From the NCBI GenBank assembly GCA_023205875.1, contig CP060759.1, positions 62,001-126,000 on the forward strand: DNA of 64,000 nucleotides, in the 5' to 3' direction. Shown one piece after another: positions 18,225 through 28,719 of the stretch. Within the stretch, counting starts at the first letter, position 1. Each line of letters starts with the position of its first letter. The translations under genes were made by a program, and so were the position numbers. The notes beneath the pieces are model-generated. The model made no database searches. It was given only the letters and a program-made list of their open reading frames with translations, and was not told where the DNA came from. This stretch comes from Chloropicon primus (taxonomy: Eukaryota).

Positions 18225-20543
18225 TCAAATCAAGCCAAAGTCTTTCAAATCGTCTGCTTTCTTCGCCTGCTTCCTCTTGATGCTAGTTACAGCTTTGCCC
18301 AGAACCTTCTTTGCGAAATCCACGTCCCGAACCGAGGCGGGGTGTTTGCGCTTTTTCCTGGCTTGAATGATGCTGTCAGACCCGTAAGTCACCCTCTGTG
18401 ACGAATCAAAGTCAGGCATGCTGTCTTCCTTGAGATCGGGTTCGTCTATCAGTTGCTTCTGCTCCATCTGGGACCTACTTCTCGTCCTTTTCTGCGACAC
18501 GCTGATGCCCGTGGTGGGGCTCTTGCTGTTCTGGAAAAGACCCTCGATCTTGTCAATGGCCTGGGCAACATCCTGCATCGAGGACCCCTGAGTGATTTTC
18601 GAGGCGCTCTTGGGCTTCCCGCTCACTTTGTTGTAATCCTTGATCGTGGAAGGTGGGTCTGCACTCTTGCCCGTGAACGAGCTCCTCGTTTGCCGTCGTG
18701 GAGAAAAGTTTGTCTGCACGGGCTCCAGAACCTTCTCGTGGTTCTCCTTGGCCTTCTGGTTCACTCTGACCTCCGTCTTGTGGAACACTACTTTCTTGGA
18801 CAGAACCTCATCGAAGCCCACTCTTTTGGAGCCCAAAGAGGATTGCTTGCCGCTCTGGGCAGAGCTTCTCTGCTGGCCCTTGGGCTTGTACCCTCCCTCC
18901 CAGAGCTTCTTTCCCTGCGTGGCAGAATCAAGTAGCCACTCTGCCGTCACCGTGTGGATGCCCCATTTCTCACACTTGTTGTACTTGTTCCCGGACGCCT
19001 CTGGGATCAAAAGATGGGTGGTGGAATTCCTCAACATACAGTCATCGGCCTTGCCCCCCAAAAGTCTTACCAGATCATACAAGACTTGCCGGTCTGTCGT
19101 CGGGTACTGGGAAGCGCAGAGGTTCACCTTCGAGAATGACAGCAACGGAGTAGAGTGCGTCAGAGGCCTGTAAAGGATACAGCGGCCCTCGTTGGGCAGA
19201 ACTTTCTTTTCTACAGATTCCCTGAGCCACTGCATTGTGACTTGTGCGGATCTTTGTATTTCTGGAGGTATGTCTTTGCACGACTCCTGGAAGACAACGT
19301 AGTCGCGGGCTCCCAGCGAACGCAGATGACTTGGCTGGGCCCTCTCGAGGTTGCCCTCCCAAGACCCTCCCCCGCTCAATACTAGTTCCTTTGCGCGGAA
19401 CTCCTCCGGGTTGGCCAACTGGTAGAACCAGAAGCGCATGCCACCGAAAACACCGTCACTGGCCACCAGCTGGTGGCCCTTGGAACTCTTGATTGGACCG
19501 GGAACCCCCGCCTCGCAGTCCAGCCCTTGACTCCCGTTCGGCAGGCTCTTCCTGGAGTTCGGCTTCAGCCTCTTCTCGAGGCTGCTCAGCAAGGGCTCCG
19601 GCTGAACGTCTAACGCGACCACGGCCTTGTTCTTGTTGCACTCTTCCAGCCAATCCATGTTCGCTAGTACCCCTGGACCACTCCTGACGTGTTCAGAAAC
19701 TTCGTCCAAGTCCTTCCTGTGGAATTTGCCTTGCCTTCCTGCAATGACGTGGGTCACGGACAGGTCAAAGGCCTCGAACCTCGCGGCCCCAAGCTGCCTT
19801 GCCAGCGTCTTGGTACGTTTCAACTCCCCAGAGTCCATACCAAAACAATAGAGTCTCAAGCTGCTCGGGCTGGTGGCCGTCCTCGATGACGCCAGCGATC
19901 CTCTCCCCACTTGGCCCCTGCCCTTCTTGTCCTCGGCAGCGGCCAGGCGATTCAGCGCATTCAGCTCGTCGTTCGTCGTCGGCTGCACGGGGTACTTCTT
20001 CTCGTTCAGCCTCGTTTTGTTCTGCACCGAGTCGTACAGCCACTGCAAGGACACGACGTGGGTACCCTTCCAGGTGCAGGCCCTCTCGTACTTTGCGCTC
20101 TGCGTGGAGACCGCAATCAGGTGCGTCGTGTTCTTCACCAAATCCCTCGTGTACTTGCCTCCGGCGCCCTCCACCGTGGCCTGGACGCCCGGCCGCCTCG
20201 CCTGGTCCACGCCCGTGACGCAGACGATGAGCCCGCTCAGAGCGGGAACCCGAAACCCGCTGTAAGGCAGTTGCTTCCTCGCCTTGTAGCACGCGTAAAT
20301 CCAGTCCACCTTGAGGACGGGCGTCTTTGCGATGCTCAGGACCTCGAGGTACCTCGAGCTCCTCACGTCGCCCGCTATCAGGATGTGGGGAGGCTCGCTC
20401 GCGGAACAGCACTTGAGCAGCTTGCCCCCCAAGTCCCGCACCATCTGCTCCACGTCCTCCGTCTTCCTCTTCCCGAGTCCTGCCGTCAGCACCCTCGTCC
20501 CCTCGAAGGGTTCCCCCTGCGGCAATCCGTTCCCTTGAGACAT
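18225..20543 (-). CDS. TOPBP1: Multi-BRCT protein, TOPBP1/Rad4/MEI1-like
   Basis: About five BRCT-like repeats (LSGLIVCVTG..GGKY..TTHLIA..KYERA..W..VVSLQWLYDS; THLLIPEASGNKYNKCEKWGIHTVTAEWL). A 5'UTR intron acceptor lies near 20567. Confidence 0.8.
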   Translation of the reverse strand: MSQGNGLPQGEPFEGTRVLTAGLGKRKTEDVEQMVRDLGGKLLKCCSASEPPHILIAGDVRSSRYLEVLSIAKTPVLKVDWIYACYKARKQLPYSGFRVPALSGLIVCVTGVDQARRPGVQATVEGAGGKYTRDLVKNTTHLIAVSTQSAKYERACTWKGTHVVSLQWLYDSVQNKTRLNEKKYPVQPTTNDELNALNRLAAAEDKKGRGQVGRGSLASSRTATSPSSLRLYCFGMDSGELKRTKTLARQLGAARFEAFDLSVTHVIAGRQGKFHRKDLDEVSEHVRSGPGVLANMDWLEECNKNKAVVALDVQPEPLLSSLEKRLKPNSRKSLPNGSQGLDCEAGVPGPIKSSKGHQLVASDGVFGGMRFWFYQLANPEEFRAKELVLSGGGSWEGNLERAQPSHLRSLGARDYVVFQESCKDIPPEIQRSAQVTMQWLRESVEKKVLPNEGRCILYRPLTHSTPLLSFSKVNLCASQYPTTDRQVLYDLVRLLGGKADDCMLRNSTTHLLIPEASGNKYNKCEKWGIHTVTAEWLLDSATQGKKLWEGGYKPKGQQRSSAQSGKQSSLGSKRVGFDEVLSKKVVFHKTEVRVNQKAKENHEKVLEPVQTNFSPRRQTRSSFTGKSADPPSTIKDYNKVSGKPKSASKITQGSSMQDVAQAIDKIEGLFQNSKSPTTGISVSQKRTRSRSQMEQKQLIDEPDLKEDSMPDFDSSQRVTYGSDSIIQARKKRKHPASVRDVDFAKKVLGKAVTSIKRKQAKKADDLKDFGLI

Positions 20544-20945
20544 CTCTTCGTCCCTTCTTCACGTCCCTGCAAGGAAAAGTCACAAGAGAGACGCACAAAG
20601 CACTTCAGTCCGAGCTCGGGCCAAGCGAGGGGTTCACCGAAAGAGGAAGAAGCGTTCGTCTTGCTCCTCGTTCCACACACACGCGCGCGCGCACGCGCTC
20701 TGACTCTGACACTGACCTCTCGTCCCCGTTCGCTTCTCTCCTCTCTCTACGGTTGGAAATGTTGTGCTGGGCTCCGCATCACACCATTCTCTTCAAGCGC
20801 GGGGTCCATGGAACCATAACACCACGATTCCTCCCCTCCCCCCCTCTCGCGACCACCAAACGCCCTTCCCACGCCGTGACCCCTCTCCTCCCTTCTCTCC
20901 TCCTCTTCCCTCCTCTTCCCTCCTCTTCCCTCCTCTTCCCTCGTC

Positions 20946-21343
20946 CCTTCCCCGCCACCCCGCGTTCCAAACCCCTCAAGCGAGGTATCGATCGAAAGCC
21001 CACGACACGAGGATTCCCCTCCGTTGGCTCCCCTTCCCCCTCCGTCGTCCCTCCGGCCGTCCCTCGGTCCTCCAACCTGCCCTCCTCCTCGTCTCCTCCG
21101 ATCGATCGATCGATCTGGAAATCTCTTTTTGGCGCAATTTTATTTTGTTCGCGGTTTTTTTTTAAAACAGTCAGGGGCGGAGGACGAGGATCGCGTGGAG
21201 GGGTCGCGGGGGGGTGTAGGACCGAGGGACGGCCGGAGGGACGACGGAGGGGGAACGGGAGCCAACGGAGGGGAAGCGTCGTGTTGCGGGCTTTCGATCG
21301 ATACCTCGCTTGAGGGGTTTGGAACGCGGGGTGGCGGGGAAGG
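20946..21343. repeat. 126-bp inverted repeat (arms 20946-21071 and 21218-21343, 146-bp spacer)
   Basis: Arms are reverse complements with about 5 mismatches by manual alignment. Confidence 0.95.
21128..21135 (+). promoter_or_regulatory. E2F site in the divergent TOPBP1/CDC45 promoter
   Basis: TTTGGCGC in the AT-rich spacer between two replication-initiation genes that are known E2F targets in other eukaryotes. Confidence 0.6.
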
Positions 21344-21447
21344 TGCTGGTGGCTTTGTGGAGAGGGGGGATTGGGTTGGAGGGGAGGGGAGGGGAGGGGA
21401 GGGGATCTCTTGAGGAAGGGCTCTCTTGAGGAGGGGGGACGGAGGAG

Positions 21448-23241
21448 ATGTTGTGCACGCCGGGATTCTGGGAGGACGCGTACCAGGCGCTCAAGGAGGA
21501 CGCCTTGAGTGGGGCGACTACCGCAAGGAGGGTGCTCCTGTTCGTGGCAACCGATAGCTGCGACTCGATAGCGACGTTGCAGATACTCGAGCACGTGCTG
21601 AACAAGGACAACGTGCCTTATGGGATTTATCCGGTGGCGAACGAGAGCGATCTCGTGAGGCACGCGGAGGACATGCTTCAGGACGACTCGGAGCGCTCGA
21701 TCGTTCTCGTGAACTGCGGGGCCACCGAGGACATAAGGGAGAAGCTGGGGTGCGGCCCTGGCATCAGGATCTACGTCTTCGACTCCCACAGACCCCTGAA
21801 CATCAAGAACGCTCAGAGGGAGAACGCCCAAGTCCTCGTGATCTGCGAGGACGGGGAGCAGGCGCACGAATATGTCGAGGAGGGCCTTGGCAACTTGCTC
21901 GACAGCGAGACGTCGTCCTCCTCAGAGTCCGAGTCGGACGACGATGGGGACGACGGGGACGAGGAGGGGGGAGCGCAGGCCAGGAAGAGGCAGAGGAGGG
22001 AGGTGAAGGAGAGGAAGAAGGATCTGAAGTCGAAGATCAAAGAGTACTATGACAGGGGTGCATCGTACTCGACCGCGGCGGGGTGTACCGCTTATGATTT
22101 TGCTTCCCACCTCAACAAGGACGACGTGAGTTGCCTGTGGAGAGCCATCGTTTCGCTGACGGACCACTACATCCACCAGCGGCTCAGCCACGAGACCTAC
22201 ATGAGAACGGTGGTGGAGTACGAGAGGAAGATATCGCAGCTTGGGAACGTGGCGGACTTGGCTTCAAACTCCCAAGACTCAGGGCCGGTGAACCTGGGAA
22301 CGAAGAGGATCCATTACAAGGAGGACTGTCACCTCGTGATGCTCCAGCACTGGTCCCTCGCAGACGCCCTCTTCAACTCTCCCTACGTCGCCACGAGGCT
22401 GAGGACTTGGAAGGAGAGCGGCAAGGAAAAGATCGAGCTGATGCTGGCCAAGATGGGATTCCCCCTCGTGGAATGCCAGCAGCACTGGACGCACATGAGC
22501 CCGAAGCTGAAGCAGAAGCTCTCGGCCAAGCTCCAGGAGTGTGCCCCGCAATTTGGCCTGGTGCACTTCCAGTTCAGCAGCTTTTACAAGGAGGACGGGT
22601 ACACCAGCATCTCTTCCACGGACATGGTTCACGCCGTCACGGCACTCCTTGAGGTTGGTTTCTACAACCCCGTGGACAGCGCTGGGGCTGGGAAGGAGGC
22701 CAACCAGGAACCTTTCAACGGGGTGGAATCTTTCTGGGCCGCTTACGAGGGCCTCGCCGGGAAGAAGAAGGAGCTCGTGCAGAAGGGCCTCGAGCTTGCC
22801 ATGTTGTTGCAGAAGGTCATCGTCAGCGTGGGGGGCGCCCAACTCAGCAGGAAAACGGTGTACCAGTGCGGCCACTTCAGGTACCTGAACTTGGACGAAG
22901 CGGGCTTGGGGGAGAACACGGATCTCTTGGCCCACCCGCTGGTGCTGGAGAGGCTGGCCTTCTTCCTCCAGGACGCCCATGCCCACATGGGGCGTTCCCA
23001 CAAGCCCGTGGTCATCGTTGGGCCCAAGCTGGGCGAGAAAGTTCTCGTGGTCGGCGTGACGGGGTCTCACGGCTCCCTGAAGAGCGGTCAGAAGGGTGGC
23101 AACATCTTCAGCAACAAGTTCAAGAAGGCATCCAAGGGCATCGGCGCCGAATATGAAGCGAGCGGCTTTGAGTCCAACGTCATCAAGATGCCTTACATGG
23201 ATGTCCAGCAATTCATGGACGAGCTCATCACCGACATGTGA
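21448..23241 (+). CDS. CDC45: Cell division control protein 45
   Basis: VLLFVATDSCDS, VLVNCGATED, YVFDSHRP, acidic insert, HWSLADAL, LLAHPLVLERLAFFLQD. Confidence 0.95.
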   Translation: MLCTPGFWEDAYQALKEDALSGATTARRVLLFVATDSCDSIATLQILEHVLNKDNVPYGIYPVANESDLVRHAEDMLQDDSERSIVLVNCGATEDIREKLGCGPGIRIYVFDSHRPLNIKNAQRENAQVLVICEDGEQAHEYVEEGLGNLLDSETSSSSESESDDDGDDGDEEGGAQARKRQRREVKERKKDLKSKIKEYYDRGASYSTAAGCTAYDFASHLNKDDVSCLWRAIVSLTDHYIHQRLSHETYMRTVVEYERKISQLGNVADLASNSQDSGPVNLGTKRIHYKEDCHLVMLQHWSLADALFNSPYVATRLRTWKESGKEKIELMLAKMGFPLVECQQHWTHMSPKLKQKLSAKLQECAPQFGLVHFQFSSFYKEDGYTSISSTDMVHAVTALLEVGFYNPVDSAGAGKEANQEPFNGVESFWAAYEGLAGKKKELVQKGLELAMLLQKVIVSVGGAQLSRKTVYQCGHFRYLNLDEAGLGENTDLLAHPLVLERLAFFLQDAHAHMGRSHKPVVIVGPKLGEKVLVVGVTGSHGSLKSGQKGGNIFSNKFKKASKGIGAEYEASGFESNVIKMPYMDVQQFMDELITDM

Positions 23242-23635
23242 GCGAGCAAAGAAGTCCGTTTGGAGTCTGGGGCTTGGCGCGTGGCGTGGCGTGGCGTGGT
23301 CAGGCACCAAAGACGATATTACGACTGGACTCGTGTTGTTGGTGTGGACGGCGTACTCCTAAACACAGTGAGAGTCTGTCTCTCCCTCATGCATCTTCAT
23401 TGGAAATGAATAAAATATATTACACCAACATTATCAGGCACTTCAGAGGGGTCCAAACAAAGGGATTCTCCCGTTGTCCAACCATCATCACAACCAACCG
23501 CGATGAACTTGAACTTTGGCGTTACGTTATGCCCCTTTCCCGCCCCTTGGCAGATTCTTGAGAGGGGCCAGGCAATCAGCAACAGCGACTGGGCGGACTC
23601 CTCAGGAGAGGTCTCGGGGAGTGGGTGGCACGGCA

Positions 23636-24485
23636 ATGGCATACGTCGTGGATTTGGAGTCAAGATCCCACCTCGTGGAACATGTCTTGCCACTGCGGGG
23701 TAAGCTCAAGACGGGCCAACTCGTGGAGCTCTCTCTCCTCAAAAAACCTTTTGACATGGGCGACTTCCAAGCCTTGCATGAGATCTTCGAGGAAATCATC
23801 GAGGAGGGAGTCTCCTACCCTCAGCAAGGACCGGTGACTGCGGAGGCTTTCAGGGTGTATTATACGAGCCACGACGTTTTCGTGCTCAGGGAGGCGTCGA
23901 GTCGCGAGATACTCGGAGCATTCTACGTTAAGGTAGGTCCTGTCCGTGGGAAGGGAGCCGCCCGTTCCGCTAGTTGCAACGCTAACCTCCTTCTCTCGGC
24001 TCTGCGTGGTCTGCAGCCGAACTTCCCAGGACGTTGCTCCCACATCTGCAATCATGGATTCATGGTTCCTTCCAGGTTTAGGAACAGAGGCATTGGAACG
24101 GTGATGGCGAGACATTCATTATTCCTATCGAAGCTTCTTGGATACAAAGCAGTTTACTATAACCTTGTCTTCACGGACAACAAGCACGCCATCCACGCCT
24201 ACAAGAAGCTGGGTTTTCAGCAGACAGGTAAACAACTGGCAACAACTCCCTCCCTCTTCTCCTTTTCTGCCTCACCGACGCCTGCAGGAGTGCTGGGTGG
24301 TGCATGACTGACGACTCTGTTCGGCTCTGTTTCTTGCCTCGGCGACAGGATTCGTGCCCGAGGCGGCGAAGGTGACAAAGGACGGCAAAACGCATTACCA
24401 GGACGCCGTGCAGCTTTACTTCGACTTGGACGAGGTAAAAAGTGAGGAAGGACAGCCCCAGCCCCAGCCCAGTAACTTGCTGTAA
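23636..24485 (+). CDS. GNAT N-acetyltransferase, Mpr1/Spt10-like; exons 23636-23932, 24017-24227, 24349-24485
   Basis: Spliced product has EGVSYPQ, GAFYVK|PNFPGRCSHICNHGFMV, RNRGIG, LGYKAVYYNLVF. GT-AG introns with branch points. Confidence 0.85.
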
Positions 24486-24642
24486 TTTATTCACTCGATT
24501 CACTTCCGTCCGATCGAGCGAGAGAGATCAAGCGACTTCTGTCGTGTGTGAGTTGCAGGTACGCGTCGTCGCCACTGTTGTTGTTTACTGGTAGATTACA
24601 AGAGCAGGTTTGAAGGCAGGAGCAGCCACCGCGGTGTGCACC

Positions 24643-25584
24643 TCAGACGGATTCCTTGAATTTTCTTCTCATCTTCCTCACAAACTTGCTGAAGTCCTGA
24701 TCGGCGTTCAGCTCTTTCTCGAGGTCCTTCACTCCGTTCACCTGTGGAGAAACATCCTGAACAGAGTACGTATCATCGCTCATGATGCGAACGTCGAACC
24801 AGAACTTCTTCTCGGGATTCCTCCTGTCGATCTGCGTGAACCCTATTCGTAGGGCGTTGTCATTGTCACTGGCGTCCCCACTCGCGGAGTTGGTGTGGAC
24901 AAAGTGAAGGCCAAGCTTCTCACCGTAAAGGTTGGAGAGTTTTTGGAGACTCTGCAGCTTGGTTTCCGTCTTGCTGTGAGCCATGGAGGCCTCGTCTTTC
25001 CTCCTCTGCAGCAGGTCGACCTTCAAGCTGACCTCGTCCTTGAGCCTGTTCACCTCCTCAGGAAGGAGCAGCGCGCTCTTCTGCTTCGCCTCGAGCTGCG
25101 CCATCGCGAGAGGGGGCGGGAACGAGAGAGAAAAGAGCAGTCAGCGACTGGATCACTTCGAGTCCCTCGCTCGAAACTCACCTTCTGAACCAGTGCGTGG
25201 GCCTCCTCGTTCTCCTCCTCGATACTCGTGTGGAGCTTCTCCACCTCGGACACAAGCCTGCTCAACCAAAAAAACGAAACGAAACGAAGAGGTTAGCGGT
25301 TATCTTTCCTTCTCCCCCTCTAGCGTTTGCGTCACTCACTTTTCTTGGTTCTCCTTGAGTTCTTCGTACTCGGTGTTTGCCTTCTTCATGTCTATCTGGT
25401 GCTTCTGTCTTATGCTTTCCACCGCATTAAGTCTGGAGTGCGCCCACCTGTCGAACCCACCCTTCTGCCTGTTCAGGCTCGCGCTCAACTCCGTCAAGTT
25501 CATCTCCTCCTCCTCCTCCTCGTCGTCGTCGTCCTCGTCGTCGTTGTCGTCGTCGTCGTCGCCGCTCCGCTGCTCTTCTGTCAC
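24643..25584 (-). CDS. SPC25: Kinetochore NDC80-complex subunit Spc25; exons 25584-25340, 25257-25182, 25095-24643
   Basis: Coiled coil followed by RWD-like LGLHF..LRIGFTQIDRRNPEKKFWFDV..LNADQDFSKFVRKMRRKF. The splice junctions keep frame. Confidence 0.85.
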
Positions 25585-25980
25585 TCGACCGTTTGATTTT
25601 GGAGGAGTTTGATTTATTACGAAATGTGAAGATAAATGAGAAGATGAGAAGATCGGTTTGTGATGGCACAGGAAGAACGACGGCGGAGGGATGTGGATGT
25701 TAGACTTCTCTTTCTCTCTTCTTTCTCTCTTCTTTCTCTCTGTTTCTCTTGTCCTCTCCTCTCTCTCTTTCTCTCTGCGTCACTTCACTCTGGTTTGGGG
25801 ACTGCTCCTTGGCTTTGGCTTGGCTTGGCTTGAAAGAGGGGGGGGAAGGCCAGGCTCAAAAGGGACGACGATGGCCGACGAGGTTTATTGTAGTTACATG
25901 GGTGTGAAGTATGTCTTAATTCTAACTAATAATGTCTACACAATGCGATGATATGATATGATATGATGTGATGCGGTGGC

Positions 25981-28719
25981 TCAAACCCGCTTTCCTTTCT
26001 TCTTGAACTCCTCCATGATCAGCAGTCTCAGCCTCTCCATCTGGAACGGCTTTGTGAGGACCGCGTCCATGCCCGCGGCCAAGAACTTCTCTTGGTCGAT
26101 CTCCAGCGCGTTTCCGGTCAAAGCAACGACGATGCCGTCCCATCCCCCCTTCCTCAGTTTCTTCACGGCCTGGTCTCCGCTCAAGACTGGCATGGTGATG
26201 TCCATGAGGACCACGTCGTAGTAATTCTTCTCGCACAAGCTCAGGGCCTCTGCTCCGTTACCCGCGGCGTCGACCGTGCAACCTTGCTCCTCGAGGAGCC
26301 TCGTCCAGAGCTTGCGCAGAGTGGTGGAATCCTCCGCGACGAGGAACGACAGTCCAGAGATGCTCGATATCGACTTCTCCTTGCCTTCATCCTTCTTGGC
26401 CGGTTTGCTGCCCTTCTCCTTTTCCGCTTTGGAGAAGAGAACCGTGAACCAGAACATGGTACCCTCTCCGTACGTGCTCTCGACGCCGATCTGGCCGCCC
26501 ATGCACTCGATCAGGGCTTTGCTGATGCTGAGACCCAATCCAGTGCCTCCGAACTCCCTCGTGATGGAGGGCTTGGACTGAGAAAATGCGGAAAAGATGT
26601 GCTCCAGGTCCTTCTCCGGGATACCAATGCCGCTGTCCGACACGCTGAACTTCAGCCTCTTCCGGAAGGTGTCCTTGTCAAGCTCCACCTTGACCTTGAT
26701 GAAGCCCTGGAAGGTGAACTTGATCGAGTTGGACACCAAGTTGAGAAGCACCTGTCTCATACGGTTGGAGTCCGCTTTGATGATCTGCGGAACGTTGGGG
26801 TCGATCTCGAACTTCATCTCCACGTCTGGGCACGACCTCCTTGCGACCTCCTTCTGCTCCAGCATGGCCTTCTCGATCACGTCACACACGTTGAACTCCA
26901 CCGGATCAAGGACCAACATGTTTGCCTCGATCTTGGCATAATCCAAGACATCGTTGACGATGGCGCACATGAGCTCGGACTCCTGCTTGATGGTTCTCAC
27001 GCTCTCCGCGACCTCGCCCTTGAGCCTCTTGTTGTCGATGAGCATGTCGACGATTGCGACAATGCCGGACAAGGGGTTGCGCAGCTCGTGGCAGACGAAG
27101 GACAAGAACTCACTCTTCGCCTCGCTCGCGACTTGGGACTCCGAAAGGCTCTGCTCGTGCAGCTGCTTCTCGATCTGGATGGACTTGTTCAGATTCTCGA
27201 GCTCCCTGAGGTGGGCGTTCTTCATCTCAGCCTTCTCTCCGTTGTGCAACTTTATGAGGTTCATCGTCTCAATCTCAGACGCGTGGCGGGAGGCCGCCTT
27301 CCTCTCTTCGTACTCCTTGATGGTCTTCTCGTCCTCGGCCTTGTGGTCGGTGATCGCCTTTTCCTTCTCGGACTCCAACCTTTCCGCCAGGACCCTGATC
27401 TCTTCCTTGGCAATCTTAATCGCCTCCTCCGCTTCCTTCTTCTGCCTGTCCAGCGCAGCCTTCATCTCGGCACTGTCGAGGTCGGCACCGTCCTCCCGCA
27501 TTCCGAGCTTGCCCGAGTCGGACGACATGTCGGAGTGCTCCGAGCCGTTCGTTCCTCTTGAGCTCGTGGAGCCCCCGTCGAAGGAGCCGCCCGCCTTGGA
27601 CCCCGTGTGAGACCCGGTGTGAGACCCCATGGATCCGGTCAGGGAGGACATGTCCTCCCTCGAGAGCTTGTCCGCAAAGTCCTCCGCCCTCATCTTGAGC
27701 TCCTGCTCGAAACTTTGCCTAATCTGCTCCGCGTGCTTCTTCTGCATATGAAGCAGCTGCTTCTCCCTCTCTTGCTGGTCGTCCTTAAGCAGGCGTTCTT
27801 TTAGCTGCCGGGTCTCCACCAAGTTCGCCTTCCTGGCATTCTCCTTGAGGACTCTGATCTTCTTCTTCAGCCTCTGCTTCTCGAGCTTCTGCTGCAGGTC
27901 GAGCTTGTTCAGCTGAAACAGCCGCTCCTCCTTGGCAATCTCAAACCTCTCGGTGAAGGAGAGGTCCTCGTCCAACTCAGCGAGCCTGTACTTGGCTTTC
28001 ATGTGCTGAAGCTCCCTCAGCTGCTCGCCTTCCTTCTGCTGGAACTCCTTGAGCTGCTGCGCCTTGAGCTTGTTCTGCCTCTGCAGGAGGTCCTGGTCGT
28101 TCTTGTCCTTGAAGCGCATGTCAATCCCTTGCCACGCAGTGAGGTTCCTCGCGGCCCTCTCGTGAGACTCCTGGAGCTCCAGTCTCTCCCTCTTCTCGCT
28201 ATCCTCGATGTGCCTGGCGCTGATCTGGAACTGCTTTCGCCTCTGAGCCAAAGCCATCCTCAGCTGCTCGGCCTTGTTCTCGGCATCCTTGAGCTGCTTG
28301 ATCTCAGCGATCTTCTCCTTGAGCAAGTCGCACGTCTGAAGGAGAGCCTCCTTCAGCTCCTTCCTCTTCAGCCTCTCCTTGGCCTCCCAGTCTTGGAGCT
28401 CCAGCAGGCCCTTCCTCTCCCCCTCCTGCCTCTCGAGCAGAAGGAGGGCCTCCTTGGACTCCGCGACGGACCTCTGCGCCTCGGCTCTCTGGAAGTGCAC
28501 TCGCTTCTGCGCCACCAAGATGGTCTCCTCAATCTGCAAGGACTCCTTGTGCAACACAGTCAGCTTGTTGCTCGAGTTGCTGATCAGGCTGCTCACTTGC
28601 TGCTGGGCCGCGACCTTGTTCTTCTGGTCCGCCTTGCTCTCCTCCTTCTTCACCCTTCCGGCCTCCTTCATGAAGCTGGAGCTTCCGGACTTGTCCGTCT
28701 TGTTGGAGGACTCCGACAT
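25981..28719 (-). CDS. Soluble hybrid histidine kinase (long coiled coil, HisKA, HATPase_c, receiver)
   Basis: KSEFLSFVCHELRNPL (H box), QVLLNLVSNSIKFT (N), DSGIGI (G1), GGTGLGL (G2), receiver VAEDS..VVLMD..KPF. First ATG at 28719. Confidence 0.92.
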   Translation of the reverse strand: MSESSNKTDKSGSSSFMKEAGRVKKEESKADQKNKVAAQQQVSSLISNSSNKLTVLHKESLQIEETILVAQKRVHFQRAEAQRSVAESKEALLLLERQEGERKGLLELQDWEAKERLKRKELKEALLQTCDLLKEKIAEIKQLKDAENKAEQLRMALAQRRKQFQISARHIEDSEKRERLELQESHERAARNLTAWQGIDMRFKDKNDQDLLQRQNKLKAQQLKEFQQKEGEQLRELQHMKAKYRLAELDEDLSFTERFEIAKEERLFQLNKLDLQQKLEKQRLKKKIRVLKENARKANLVETRQLKERLLKDDQQEREKQLLHMQKKHAEQIRQSFEQELKMRAEDFADKLSREDMSSLTGSMGSHTGSHTGSKAGGSFDGGSTSSRGTNGSEHSDMSSDSGKLGMREDGADLDSAEMKAALDRQKKEAEEAIKIAKEEIRVLAERLESEKEKAITDHKAEDEKTIKEYEERKAASRHASEIETMNLIKLHNGEKAEMKNAHLRELENLNKSIQIEKQLHEQSLSESQVASEAKSEFLSFVCHELRNPLSGIVAIVDMLIDNKRLKGEVAESVRTIKQESELMCAIVNDVLDYAKIEANMLVLDPVEFNVCDVIEKAMLEQKEVARRSCPDVEMKFEIDPNVPQIIKADSNRMRQVLLNLVSNSIKFTFQGFIKVKVELDKDTFRKRLKFSVSDSGIGIPEKDLEHIFSAFSQSKPSITREFGGTGLGLSISKALIECMGGQIGVESTYGEGTMFWFTVLFSKAEKEKGSKPAKKDEGKEKSISSISGLSFLVAEDSTTLRKLWTRLLEEQGCTVDAAGNGAEALSLCEKNYYDVVLMDITMPVLSGDQAVKKLRKGGWDGIVVALTGNALEIDQEKFLAAGMDAVLTKPFQMERLRLLIMEEFKKKGKRV

